DNA of 55,890 bases, filler included, from Dugesia japonica (lineage: Eukaryota), in the NCBI GenBank assembly GCA_001938525.1. It is 4 parts of 4 records of this genome, joined end to end, with 100 filler letters (N's around TTAATTAATTAA, not from the genome) between each part and the next. Parts side by side here need not be neighbours in the genome. Positions count along the whole stretch, not along the records: positions 36,762 to 46,181 come from MQRL01607794.1; positions 46,282 to 55,890 come from MQRL01316522.1; 2 more parts are not named here. One strand, 5' to 3'. The position numbers were made by a program, and so were the translations under genes. Below the pieces are notes generated by a model. The model was not told the DNA's origin. It made no database searches and saw nothing but the letters and a program-made list of their open reading frames with translations. Position 1 is the stretch's first letter; every line of letters begins with the position of its first letter. Shown one piece after another: positions 37,019 through 49,105 of the stretch.

Positions 37019-38120
37019 ATGGCTAAATTCGTAGCTAACAAATAACATATTCTGACACTGTATTCGTTACGAATATGATTGTAATTTTAATGTGACACAA
37101 GCTGCTAAAAGGATTTGTACAATTTATAGAAATGCCATCAGCGACAGGCAAGCTAGGAATTAATTTAAACGATTCCACGAAGCTAACACGTCTTTTGGAG
37201 ATCGTCTAAGACCTGGCCGTGACATTTCTTTGCACATTGATGCTCTATGGAAGATAATTAAAGTAGATCCAAAATTGGCCATCATAGAAATGGGAATCAC
37301 TCTTGGAGTTAGTTGGTCAACTGTTCAAAAACATCGCCATCTGATTGGTGAAGTATGGTGAAATGAAGCTGAGTTGCCTCATGAACTGACACCGATTCAA
37401 AAAAATACGTCTCTCGATTTTCAATTTATTACTCCTTCACCACGAATTAGAGTTTTTTTGGAAGCAAATAGTGACTGGAGATGAAAAATGGTTGTTTTAT
37501 GACAATACTAAAAGAAAAAGTCAATTGTTTTCTCCAGTTCAAGTACCAATACTTACCTTCAAACCAGGGTTTCGCCGGAAGAAGACTCTATTGTGCATAT
37601 AGTGGAATTAAATAGTAATAATTCATTTAGAAATGTTCAAAGTGGTGAAACCATTAAAAAAGAGTTTTCTGAAAACTATTAAGTCGTTTGACAGCCGTTA
37701 TCGAAGTTGAGCATCCTGCATTAGTCAACAAAGAAAGGATAATATTTCACCAAGATAACGCCGAGCCACATACAACAAAGAAGACTATCCAAAAGTTACA
37801 CAACTTGAAATGGAAGCTCATGACACATCCTTCATATTCTCCCGATTATGCGCAATCTGATTATTATTTATTTCGATCATTGTCCACTTTGTGTAACGAA
37901 AATCATTCACGAACATAGATGCTATGAAATCGGAACTTGAACAGTTTTTTACTGAAAAACCTTCAACGTTTTACAGAGTATTCAAAGTTTGGTGGAAAGA
38001 TGGCGAATAGTTCGCCAATCAGTAGGAAATTACATAATTAATTAACCTTTGTTATCTGTAATAAAAATAAATTTTCATTTGTTTTATATTTTTCGGAAAT
38101 TTTCAAATAATACCCCCCTA
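37019..38120 (+). mobile_element. Degenerate mariner transposase with its 3' end
   Basis: MAKFVANK..., LPHELT, VTGDEKW, HQDNAEPH, HPSYSPDYAQSDYYLFRSL. The element ends at ...AATACCCCCC followed by TA. Confidence 0.9.
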
Positions 38121-40039
38121 TATTATTATTATTGATAATTTCGGTATTTTTCAATTTCTCCATGCGTTTATTGATGCTCAATAGAATTTCACCCTTTCCT
38201 TAATTTAAAATTTATTTTAGGACTGTAGTGCTGTATTTTTTTTTATTTGTATTTATTTAATCAATCCAACTGATTCTTATTTGAAATATTTTTCGAATTG
38301 ATTTATCTGTTTTTCTATTTTATCTTGTTCTTATTTGGTCGATGTTTATCTACAATTTTTACAATTTATTCATTCTATTAATGTTTTGTATTTAATTGAT
38401 TATCTCTATTGAATATTTTCTTCTGTTATAAATTCTAAAATTTTCTTTAACATTTTTCATATTAATTTTTTATATATTTCTACGAATGTTGAAATTTTAT
38501 CTGCCTTCATCTTGGATTTGGTACGATGCCAAATATTATTTTACAGCAGCAATTCTGTTTATTATTTTGACTTTACTGCTTATTATTTTATTACTATTCC
38601 CTTTGATTAATTATGACATTTTAATTATTACCAATTTTAATTATATTTTTATTTTATCATCTATAACAAATATATAACACTAAAGTTACACTTTTTAAAA
38701 AAAAGTGAGTCCAAATTTATACATTAAATAAACAATCCTCAAATCTGCATCTAGAGTCATTTTTAATCGATCGAAAAAGCATAAAATCCGCCCAAACCTA
38801 GGAACATTTTGCTGTAAAATTGAATTGTTTTGATAGTAAATGATTTACAGTTCATTTATCAATGATTACAAATCAAATATTTATATTTTCGATTAATTTA
38901 TTTTTAAATAATTGATTTTTCTTTCTCTCCAAATTTTATTGATTATTATCAAACCATTCAAATTGTCATAGAATCTGCTCCGTATTTAACATATTATGAA
39001 AGGATAACACTTGTCAAATTTTTGGACATAATTCAAAGATTTAACGATATAATTAAAAATATATATAAAAACGATTTGATATTGAGAAGAATGAAACGGA
39101 ACAACATATAAAGATAAATTAGGATGAAAGTAACATAATTCTAGTCGTCAACGATCACTGATATGATATAATTAAGGAATGACTGAATAATATATACAAA
39201 ATTGTTTTGCAGTTAAAATAAATAATAAAACGATCTATTTTGTTACACACGATTTCGTCTAGAAACTTTCAAACCATATTTTATCAAGTAGATCTTGTTG
39301 AGGTTGCTCAAACTTATAAGCGATAGAGAAAATTATTATTAGGAATTTATAAATCACGAAGATTGTATTTAAATCTGTTGGAAACCATTTGATGTAATAA
39401 AAACACACAAATACACACAACATCGAGTCGTCACATGCCATGCAAATCATTATTTGACTCACTTATCCATGGTAAATAACCCGACCAATTATCCTTAGGT
39501 TGTCTACTGTTCACTGAAAAAAATTTCAAATTTAAAACCATTGAAAATCAATCATAACATATGTTTATAGTGACATTATTCAAATATTCTTTTATCCCTT
39601 GTTTCTTGTAGATTAAATATAATTCACTCAATTTTTTCAATAATTTACAATCATCGAACCTGTGACTACATTTTTTGGAAATCTTTTTACTGCACAAGTA
39701 GAAACATTACCGAAACTGCTAAATCTATAACAGAATGTCTTCAAAAATAAAAATAGAAGAGATTTCAAATTTTCAAAATTACATCATATTAAAATCTCAC
39801 GATAAGCATGAAAGCTTTTGAATTTAGTTGACCATAAAAAGTATGAAAAAAAGGTTCGAGACGTTTGTGAAAATCTTTATTTTCCACCATGATTATTAAA
39901 GAATCAAAAATCAGATATTAACTTACTAATGCCAACCTTGATGATTGTTTACGATTGGAATTATTAACTGACACTTCTCAATGTGAGAAATGTCAAAGGT
40001 CGCTCTAATTCGACTTTTATAATAAATATATACTTTGTT

Positions 40040-40205
40040 ATAGCAAATATATGATACAAAATGTTTGTTTTAATAAATATATGATGCATAATGTGTGTTT
40101 TAATAAATGATACAAAATGTTTGTTATAATAAATATATGATGCATAATGTGTGTTTTAATAGATATGATACAAAATATATGTTATTGCAAATATATGATA
40201 CAAAT
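40040..40205. repeat. ~30-nt minisatellite (AAATATATGATACAAAATGTTTGTTTTAAT)
   Basis: About 6 units; a similar unit resumes at ~41401 after the Penelope. Confidence 0.85.
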
Positions 40206-41400
40206 TATTTTCCTATTAATAAAGAAGATCAAGAAACGCTTAATAAATATAAAGAAATAAGTTTTCTTTCCTTTTCTGGACACTTTAATCCAAAAGAAAT
40301 TTGGCTAAATATTAATTACCCAGTTATATATGAAACCATTTCATAGTGGACATATATTACCTTGGAGTAGTAATACTACCCTCAGACAGAAAATTTGAAT
40401 AATCAAGGGAGAAAGAATTCGAGCTGAGAGACATCTTCAAATGAAGAAATGAAAATGATTTCTTTCAAGTTGATAAAAAATAAATTTTTAAATAATGGCT
40501 ATCCAAATAAAATATATCGAAATATTTATCTTTTAATTCCAAACAAAATAAAATCAAACCAAAAACAAACACAGTTATTAAATTACNNNNNNNNNNNNNN
40601 NNNNNNNNNNNNNNNNNNNNNNNNNNNNNNNNNNNNATATCGAAATATTTATCTTTTAATTCCAAACAAAATAAAATCAAACCAAAAACAAACACAGTTA
40701 TTAAATTACCTCATTTTATTAATGAAAAATGTAGCCAAATCATGCAGAATATAATAAAAAATGCTAAACTCAAACACAATCCAAGAATTATTTTCAAAAC
40801 GCAAGTACTTTGGGCATCCAATTACAGAAATCAAGACAAACTTTTTGTGGTCCCAAATGCATTTGTGATGGTAAAAATATATACAATATGCAATGAGAAA
40901 AAGGATATCACTTATAAAATAACATGCACCATTTGTCAAGAAAAATATATAGGTGAAACATGCAGAACCATCCGAACAAGAGTTAAGGAACATTTGAAAC
41001 AAAAAGAAAGTGAAGTCTTCAAACACTTTCCAGACAAACATAATATTTCACCAAAACAGCATCACATTCAATGGAAAACACTAGGAACAGGCTACATTTC
41101 TACAATTCATAGGAAAAAATATGTAGAATTACTAATTAAAGAAGATAATCCTAAAATCAATGTTGTAATTTATAATTATTAAAAAAATAAAATTAACCAA
41201 TTAAAATTCAGTAAATTAAATTTTTTCAAAAAAATATTTCCATTGTAAACATAAATCTTAAATAAATTTAAAAAGTAAATTCCTGACGAAAACTAAATAG
41301 AAAATTCGAAATATTATCAAAAACAAAATAAAATTTGATCGAAGCTTTTATTTTAATGGTTGCGTCCAACAATTATTCTCGCAATAATTGCAATTGTAAA
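40206..41400 (+). mobile_element. 5'-truncated Penelope-like retroelement: RT thumb, GIY-YIG endonuclease and 3' tail
   Basis: HSGHILPWSS, KFLNNGYP and ITYKITCTICQEKYIGETCRTIRTRVKEH...ELLIKEDNPKIN (40742-41182). Confidence 0.9.
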
Positions 41401-41743
41401 ACAAAATGTATGTTATAATAAAAAGTATACAGTATGTTTTATCAAATATCGGATATATCAAATGCTCCCACGCCATAAAAGGTTTATCCCTGGGTTTATG
41501 CATTCCAAATTTTTTTTAATTTCGACTGATGGGCAATATGTTAATATACACACAGTCATGAATCAGTTTTACATGTTTCATTCATTTACTGGATGCATAT
41601 TTAGTTTTCTTTGATTTCTAGGTTTATTGTGAAGATTATAGTTATATATCTCGTGATCTATTAGAATTTAGATACAAATACTGCCAATTTGAACGATAAT
41701 ACTCAATATATATTAAGCGTGTATAATTATTTATCACACTCAC

Positions 41744-42137
41744 ACCCATGATAAGTCACATTTCGAGGACTGGGACATCCAATTTCATCCGATCCGCCAT
41801 CAAAGCATCCGTCAGCTTGATCACATTGCATCTGAGCATTGATACACACCTCTGCTCGAGATCCACACCAGAATCCGTATTGCATTAAGCAATAATTTTC
41901 CTCTGAGTAATATATTTTACTAAATAATCATAGAATCATGTTTGATATACTTTGCCCCTTGCTAAAGTTGCCGCTGAAACTCATGTAGGTGGATAACTGA
42001 ATATCAATCATTTGTTGATCAAGAAAAATATTGTCATCCTCGATTTCTTTATCAGTGGACCAGAATATGAGCAATTTTCTATTGTCTGTGTTCAACATAA
42101 TAGGTTCCATCTGTTTGCAGCTGTAGTTGTGAATCAT
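41744..42137 (-). CDS. Two exons of a CUB-like + LDL-receptor class A domain gene (42137-41951 and 41902-41744)
   Basis: A 48-nt gtatat...ctcag phase-1 intron joins MIHNYSCKQMEPIMLNTDNRKLLIFWSTD... to ENYCLMQYGFWCGSRAEVCINAQMQCDQADGCFDGGSDEIGC (six Cys plus SDE, the LDLa pattern). Confidence 0.75.
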
Positions 42138-42169
42138 CTAAAATCAAGTCACTATCAACTTAGCAAATT

Positions 42170-42235
<66 letters not shown>
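42170..42235. repeat. (AAT)n microsatellite running into an N gap
   Basis: Read directly from the sequence. Confidence 0.95.
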
Positions 42236-42983
42236 NNNNNNNNNNNNNNNNNNNNNNNNNNNNNNNNNNNNNNNNNNNNNNNNNNNNNNNNNNNNNNNNN
42301 NNNNNNNNNNNNNNNNNNNNNNNNNNNNNNNNNNNNNNNNNNNNNNNNNNNNNNNATTATCATTCTTAATTATTAACAAAATGATACCAGAGCATATTTC
42401 ATAATTAATTTTAAAATTTAATAAAAAATCAATAATGAAAAATCAAGAATTGAAATTTGAAAATTATTTTAATTAAATTAAACTATTTTCAAAAAGAAAA
42501 ATAATCGAAATTATTTTGTATAGACTATTTATTAAAATCTAATTTAATAAAAAATATTACTAAAATTAAACAATTAAAAAATTAAAATTATAAATTATAT
42601 ATTTAAAACTAAATTAAACTGTCAACAAATATTTTTTCAAAATTCTCCATTGAAAATTCTCGTAAAATATTAGAAAAACAATTTGGCTTTTCGCATTTTA
42701 ATTTGTTTTATTTTATAAATACAGATCTATAATTAACAAATTAATTAAACTTGTATTTTTATAATGAACTTTGTATTGGGTAATCCGTATTAAATTTACT
42801 AATTATCTTATGATAATTTAATTTAAAATATTTTTTAAAATAGATTAATTATGCAAATTGTATTAACTTATGATAAAATAATTTCTGAAAAATAATCGAC
42901 AAGGATATTTTGTTTGAAAAATAACATTTATTGCAAAAATAATTTATTTCAAACAAATATTTTATATATTTTAATTTTCAATA

Positions 42984-43892
42984 ATGATTCAGAGAGACAA
43001 AATCAAAGAGACAGAAGAAATTAAAGAATTTGTGAAACAGGATTTGTCAACCTGGTTTGAAAAATGGGAAAATGATCATCCTAATGCAGACAATGGCCTT
43101 ATAATGGCTGGAAATACTGACCAATTCACTGATGACTCGATACTTTCATTTAGAAAGTTGATGATCAGATATAATATGATTTATATATTTGGCAAAGAAA
43201 GTAACATTCATGCGAATATTCGATTAACTATGAATAAACAGTTACAAGTTCAAATTAACAGACAAACCACCTTAAATGTTGATCATGAATCCGTGTTCTA
43301 TCCTGTCTGCAATAATTTCGAATGCGGAAAAATATTTAATATCTATCCAGATTTTGTTCTCCATATCAGTATTTCTCCTGATGGATTAGATTGCCTTGAA
43401 AATATTCGTATTAATTCACTGATTGCTGGAGAAGTTCTGTATTCGAACGGGACATTTGAATCTTTGTTATTGAGAGGCATTCTGTTATTGGGTCAATCTA
43501 CAAGATTCCAATATGCCATATTAATTCAAATATCAAAGAGAAATCTNNNNNNNNNNNNNNNNNNNNNNNNNNNNNNNNNNNNNNNNNNNNNNNNNNNNNN
43601 NNNNNNNNNNNNNNNNNNNNNNNNNNNNNNNNNNNNNNNNNNNNNNNNNNNNNNNNNNNNNNNNNNNNNNNNNNNNNNNNNNNNNNNNNNNNNNNNNNNN
43701 NNNNNNNNNNNNNNNNNNNNNNNNNNNNNNNNNNNNNNNNNNNAAATTACAGACATTAACAATGCTGATAATTTGTCATTCAATCTTAACTTAACACATC
43801 CGTTCACCGGACAACAATTCAATATTCCCATTGTTATCACATCTAATTTGATTAGAAACTGGCATGTGATATGGCAACAAGAAAATGTATAA
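42984..43892 (+). CDS. Intronless orphan ORF (~300 aa including a gap), possibly Uma2/PD-(D/E)XK-like fold
   Basis: 188 open codons precede the gap in very AT-rich DNA, the C-terminal part is open, and AATAAA follows the stop. The fold call rests only on DHESVFYP...YPDFVLHISIS...L. Confidence 0.6.
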   Translation: MIQRDKIKETEEIKEFVKQDLSTWFEKWENDHPNADNGLIMAGNTDQFTDDSILSFRKLMIRYNMIYIFGKESNIHANIRLTMNKQLQVQINRQTTLNVDHESVFYPVCNNFECGKIFNIYPDFVLHISISPDGLDCLENIRINSLIAGEVLYSNGTFESLLLRGILLLGQSTRFQYAILIQISKRNXXXXXXXXXXXXXXXXXXXXXXXXXXXXXXXXXXXXXXXXXXXXXXXXXXXXXXXXXXXXXXXXXXXITDINNADNLSFNLNLTHPFTGQQFNIPIVITSNLIRNWHVIWQQENV

Positions 43893-44171
43893 ATTTTGTT
43901 TGTAAATAAAATTGTAGAAAAATTGAAAGAATTGTTATCTTTAAATGTTTTAATAAATTTATCTGAGTAACTTAATTGTTTGGATTTTTATTTTATTTTA
44001 TAGCTTTGTAAAAAATGTTTTCTGTCTAAATAAATTGAAATACCTCGTAACATTTAACAGATAATTCCTTTGTTTATTATGCACAGAATTTTAAATTCAT
44101 AAATCAATATCAAAGGATTCCTTATATAATTGTATTAGATTACATCTTCATTTGATTTATATAGAAAATGT

Positions 44172-44448
44172 CAGAGGCGGGGGACAATTGTATCCCGGCG
44201 CCAGACCAGGGGGCGCCAAAATGGGGTCTGAAATATTTGTATTGTGTATTTTTTTTATCGTTTTAATATGATATCTATCAAGATTGAAGGTTCGTCACTC
44301 TCTTGCAGTCAACTTTTTGTTATGCACTATCAATCTTATTGTGTGAATTTAAAATTGCTGTTACATTGGATGACTCTTAATTTTTCAGTGGGGCTGCGCA
44401 AAATATGAATCTTGTCCCCGGGAGCAAAACACACTAGCTACGCCTCTA
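44172..44448. mobile_element. hAT-type MITE (277 bp)
   Basis: TIRs CAGAGGCG / CGCCTCTA with the 8-bp TSD GAAAATGT (44164-44171 and 44449-44456). Confidence 0.88.
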
Positions 44449-45189
44449 GAAAATGTCGATTTCTTTTCATTTTATCAAAGAAAAAGACTTTTATAGTGGG
44501 TTAAATTATTATTCAGGTTTGTATTTCTAACACATTTACATTCTATGGCTCCTGGAATAATTTCTTCTAGCAAATAATTATGTCTTTCTAATCCAAGTGT
44601 TTTGCCAAGATTTTATCAAAAGTTTTCTTTATCTTTCACTAAAAATTTAAATAATTGATTTTTCATTCAAATATGAAATTTAATTAAATTTTTAAAAAAT
44701 CCCATAAAATAGTTATTTAATTGTTTTATTTTTGTAATATATAATTCATATAATTCATCGATTAACTCTTTCTATAGGATAAGATATTTTAATTTGTTTA
44801 TTGTGTTTATCGATTAATATATTTTAAATGATTGAAAAGAAATATTAGAGTCTTCCTAAGTAAACAAGTCAGACAAATGATCAACTTCCAATCTTTTCTC
44901 GCTTTCGAAATAATTAATTTTCAAGTATATTTTCTCAATTATTTCAACAATGTCGTTCTGTTCGATACTTAACCTTTTTTCTTTGTTATCAACTCTAATA
45001 ATTATTTCATTTGTTTTATCCAACCTTCAAATAAAAACTAATCAAATTGAAATGTTGAAGGATTGGCAGCAATTCTACTTTAAAACTACTTGAAGACTTC
45101 GTCAAATTCGGATGGCCAAACAGTGCTCAAAATTATCATAAATGAAATTATTATACAATTTTGTGCAGTCCTCGCAAATTATGACATTA

Positions 45190-46181
45190 TAATATAAATA
45201 TTATAATAAAATATTATTAATTATTACATAATATTATGATTATTATTATAACAATGTAATAAATGAATAATTTTAATTTTTTAATACATATTTTATGTTG
45301 TAAAATATTAAATTAATATTTTTCTACAAAAGGTAAAGTGCGGTTGAAAGTACAATTAGGAGAGATAATTAAGGAGGTGGAATTTATAGTATTTGAAAAT
45401 ATATGTCGGGATATTCTCCCGGGGATGAACTCTCAAAATGTTTTTGGATTCCGATTATGTCAAGAAATAAAATCTGTGGACAGACAAGTGGGAGATGAAA
45501 AGATAGATACGATTGAAGCGAAATTTGGCAAAGAGATAAAAGCAGGAGAAAAATGGAAAATGAAAAGAGTTACAAATTATCTGTAAGAAACGTGAAAATG
45601 TGTTCATGGCATCCAAGTAGGATGTGGGGCGAACACACATAGTTTAACATCGAATCGTGACAAAAGGAGAACCAATAAATGTGAAACCATATAGAGTACC
45701 GTTACAATTAGAGAAGCAGATTGAAGAAGCAATTCAGAATCTAGACGAGAAGACAGTTTCAAATTGGAAAGTGGGTCTTGATGAAAAGAGAATGAGGAAA
45801 TAAAAGTCAGAGCAAATTCATGGGACCATGCCAAATAAGACAAAAGATCCATAACAGACGATTCTATTAGAAGATGGAATAGGCAAGCAAATAGAAAGAA
45901 ATATGGAAAAGATTAAAAAATTTCTCAAAGAGGGGGATGTGAGGAAATATAAGATTAATTAAAATATTGATAAAATATTAAATATACTATTAACTTGTAA
46001 TTAATTAAACAGTGGTCGGAGTTGATTTCTCATTTTGGGGATTTATTGTGTTTCTGTAAATAACAGATATAACAAATATAATTTAGAAAAGTTCTTAATA
46101 ACAAACTATTACTGGAAGATAAATTATTACAAAATTTTACAATTATTATAACAATGTAATAAATTAATAATTTTAATTTTT
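45190..46181 (+). mobile_element. Internally deleted Gypsy element with LTR parts at both ends
   Basis: 45215-45290 is similar to 46120-46181. Protease tail EFIVFENICRDILPGM, RT start EPINVKPYRVPLQLEKQIEEAI, PPT AAAGAGGGGGA, and LTR start TGTGAG at 45938. Confidence 0.75.
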
Positions 46182-46281
46182 NNNNNNNNNNNNNNNNNNN
46201 NNNNNNNNNNNNNNNNNNNNNNNNNTTAATTAATTAANNNNNNNNNNNNNNNNNNNNNNNNNNNNNNNNNNNNNNNNNNNN
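46182..46281. other. Artificial contig spacer N44-TTAATTAATTAA-N44
   Basis: Identical to the other two spacers. Confidence 0.95.
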
Positions 46282-49105
46282 AAAAGTTTGTAATATATCG
46301 TCACCTTCATCCATATCATCCATTATATTATTATTAAACAATTTTTCTTCTTCATGTCTCTATGTCTCTACTCCAGATGTTTGAATTCTTTCAAATACTT
46401 CTGATAGAATGCAATCAATTTCCTTCCAATTTTTGCAAAGATTAGAATATCATCGATATAAAATACAAAGCCTTTAAATACAATACCTGACAAAATTGTA
46501 CGCATTAACTTTTAAAACGTAGCTGAAGCGGTTGATAGGCCGAATCGCATGCAATTATAGCAGTACTGGCCTCTCTTTGTAAAAAAAGAGGTTTTTATTT
46601 TATCCTTCTCTTCTAGTTTGACTTGATAATACGCTTGGCCTATATCTAGTGCCGAGAATATTGTACACTCACTAAGATGATCGAATAACATTTGAGGATC
46701 TGGCATAGGAAACGAAAACTTATCAGTTGTTTTATTCAATATTCTGAAATCCTGACACATACGAATAGCTCCATTATTTTTGTTAACAATCACCATAAAT
46801 GAGTTTTATGGACTACTGCATTCTTTTATGATGTCGCTTTTGACAAGTGTTTCAATAATCTCATCAATCTTGCGTTCTAGATACATTAGTTGTCGTCTTA
46901 GCTGTTGTAAGACATGATTCCCCGTTGTTTGAATAGGATGTTTAACTAAGTGTGTTTTACCCAGATCAAACGTATGTGCCATGAATATCGAGGCAAAACG
47001 CGTTAACAACTTTTTCAAGGTTTTTTTCATCTCTTGGTTTGAAAACGTTCATAGTAAATCTTAAACGATTCTCATCAGAAACATCACACATTACATTATC
47101 TGATTTGATTAATCCAATCATCTTTAATTGAATATTGAAAACTTTGAACATGTCTATTCCACTGATAAACTCCTGGCTTATACTCTGTACTACCACCAAT
47201 TTGACATTTTCGTTCATATTATGGTACTCAATTTTCACTTTTCCGACGCCTACGCGTTTAACGGCTTCCTTCAAAAATGCTCCTCTCAATTTTATCTCTG
47301 AATTTTTAAATGGAAACGAACCACATCTTTTCCAAGCATTCATATCCATTACTGATATCGATGCTTCTGTGTTCCGTAACATTTTTTCACCTCTGTCTTT
47401 CACTTTAACCACACTCTAGATTCTTCCATTGCTCTACACATACGTTTAAATTTCGATTTTGATTTGTTCTTTCTGTATTGACTCCACAGACGAAATTGAA
47501 ACAGTGAAGTCCTCCCGTTTAAATAGTTCACATCATGCTATACTTCATCCAATTCATCGCAAATTACATTTATTGCATCGTTTTCATTAGTTTCATCCGC
47601 AATAAATCTAACATTGTTTCTGTGGTGATATTTCTCAAGCAGTCTACAACTTCTCAAATTATGACCCGATTTTCCACAAATTAAACAACAATCTTTTAGA
47701 TGAGAATTATTACAGAAATATCCCATTAAACCACAAAAAAAACATACTGGGTTTCAAAATCTCTTTTTTTGGAGGTAAAAAACCTTTGGATTGATTATAC
47801 AGCTTTTTGGCAATGAACTTCATGAATGTCGTCGGCGAATTTCTCTGGATTTGCTTTTGGTATTGAATTTGATAATTTCCTTTTGAATCATTAACAACAG
47901 AAGCTGGCCTTGATGTCAGTGACTTTTCCAAAATTTGCATGTAATTCCAACCGTTGATTTTTCCTGTAGCGGTAATTACCTGCTGCCACTTCACAATATG
48001 ATAATTTATTGACTGATAACGTTTTCTTAATGTCATCGTTTTTTTTCATAATTTGGATAACTGTCGCATATCATCATCATTCAAATCTGGTTTCAGTGTA
48101 AAGGCTTTTTTAAATCTTGATATTTGACTCTTTTTTGAATTATTTGCTTCACAATTTCTTCCATTGATAATCCGGATTTGAATATTTCCTTCAAAGCTCT
48201 TGTAACTCATAATTGAAAGCTTTCATATCTTTCATCAGTTTTTTGACTGATTATACTGAAATCATTCGTAAAAAACATTTATTTTTGACGAATTTTAATT
48301 TAAACCAATCTCTTTTTGATTTGTCGTCCATTTTGGTTCGTGCTTTGCAAGCTAACAATAAATCCTTAGCGTCGTCATCTAATATGAAATCAAAAGCTGA
48401 CATGAAATCGAAGTTATTTGTGGCTGGGAACGTTTCAATCACGCAATCGGATCTTAATCATAATTTCCTGAGAATTTTGTTATTCTTGGAATAACCGTTC
48501 TCGCAATTCTTTTGGTAAAGCTTTCTAAATTCTTTTTGCTTCTACTGCTTAATTTCTTGTTATTCAGTTGACATGGCAGTGGTCACCAGTAAAATCAGTA
48601 ATAACAGACATCTTAAAATTTGAAAATATATTTCTTATTTACACTTTAATATTTAAACAAAACTTCTAGGTCATATCAATTTCCTACTACCAACAACGAC
48701 GATAAGTATAGATACATAAAAACACTAGTCTTCCATATGGACATTGTAGTTTGACCACAATAAATAAGACTTTGGATGAACAATAGAATGTACAAAAAAT
48801 GCATCTATTTGAAATTATTGAACGTTTATTTCATTATTTAGCAATCAAACAAAAAATTCAAACAAACTCCATGTATTCGAACTGGATTTTATTAAACAGA
48901 CTTATATTGCACTGACTTTATTAACTGTAATAAATATGTAATAAATAATTTTAATGTGATTAGTCTTTTGATTTATTATTTTATTGTTAACATTGTGAAC
49001 GATTAATGCTAATGTAAATATTACCGTAGAGCAACTAATATTAATGGAATTGGGAACATCTAATGTTGGGAGCATTCAGTGCTGGCTTAAACATTTGCCA
49101 GTACA
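46282..49105 (-). mobile_element. Gypsy LTR retrotransposon 5' half: LTR (~49105-48589), PBS, gag with two CCHC knuckles, protease and RT (all disrupted)
   Basis: LTR start TGTACTGG and PBS TGGTGACC. Protein motifs CFFCGLMGYF, CLICGKSGHNLRSC, RMCQDFRILN, ALDIGQAYYQ, MRFGLSTASATF and FYIDDILIF. Confidence 0.92.

Noticed and set aside
38130-38680. Hydrophobic ORF 38486-38677 or a Penelope N-terminal remnant on the minus strand
   Set aside because: Low-complexity T-rich sequence with motifs too weak to call.
39830-40015. Merlin/IS1595-like CxxC fragment (SQCEKCQR)
   Set aside because: A single short motif with no DDE region or TIRs.
40514-40706. Duplicated segment inside the Penelope
   Set aside because: Identical sequence on both sides of a 50-N gap indicates an unmerged contig overlap.
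42012-42404. Poly-Ile and poly-Leu ORFs
   Set aside because: These are translations of the (AAT)n microsatellite and N gap.
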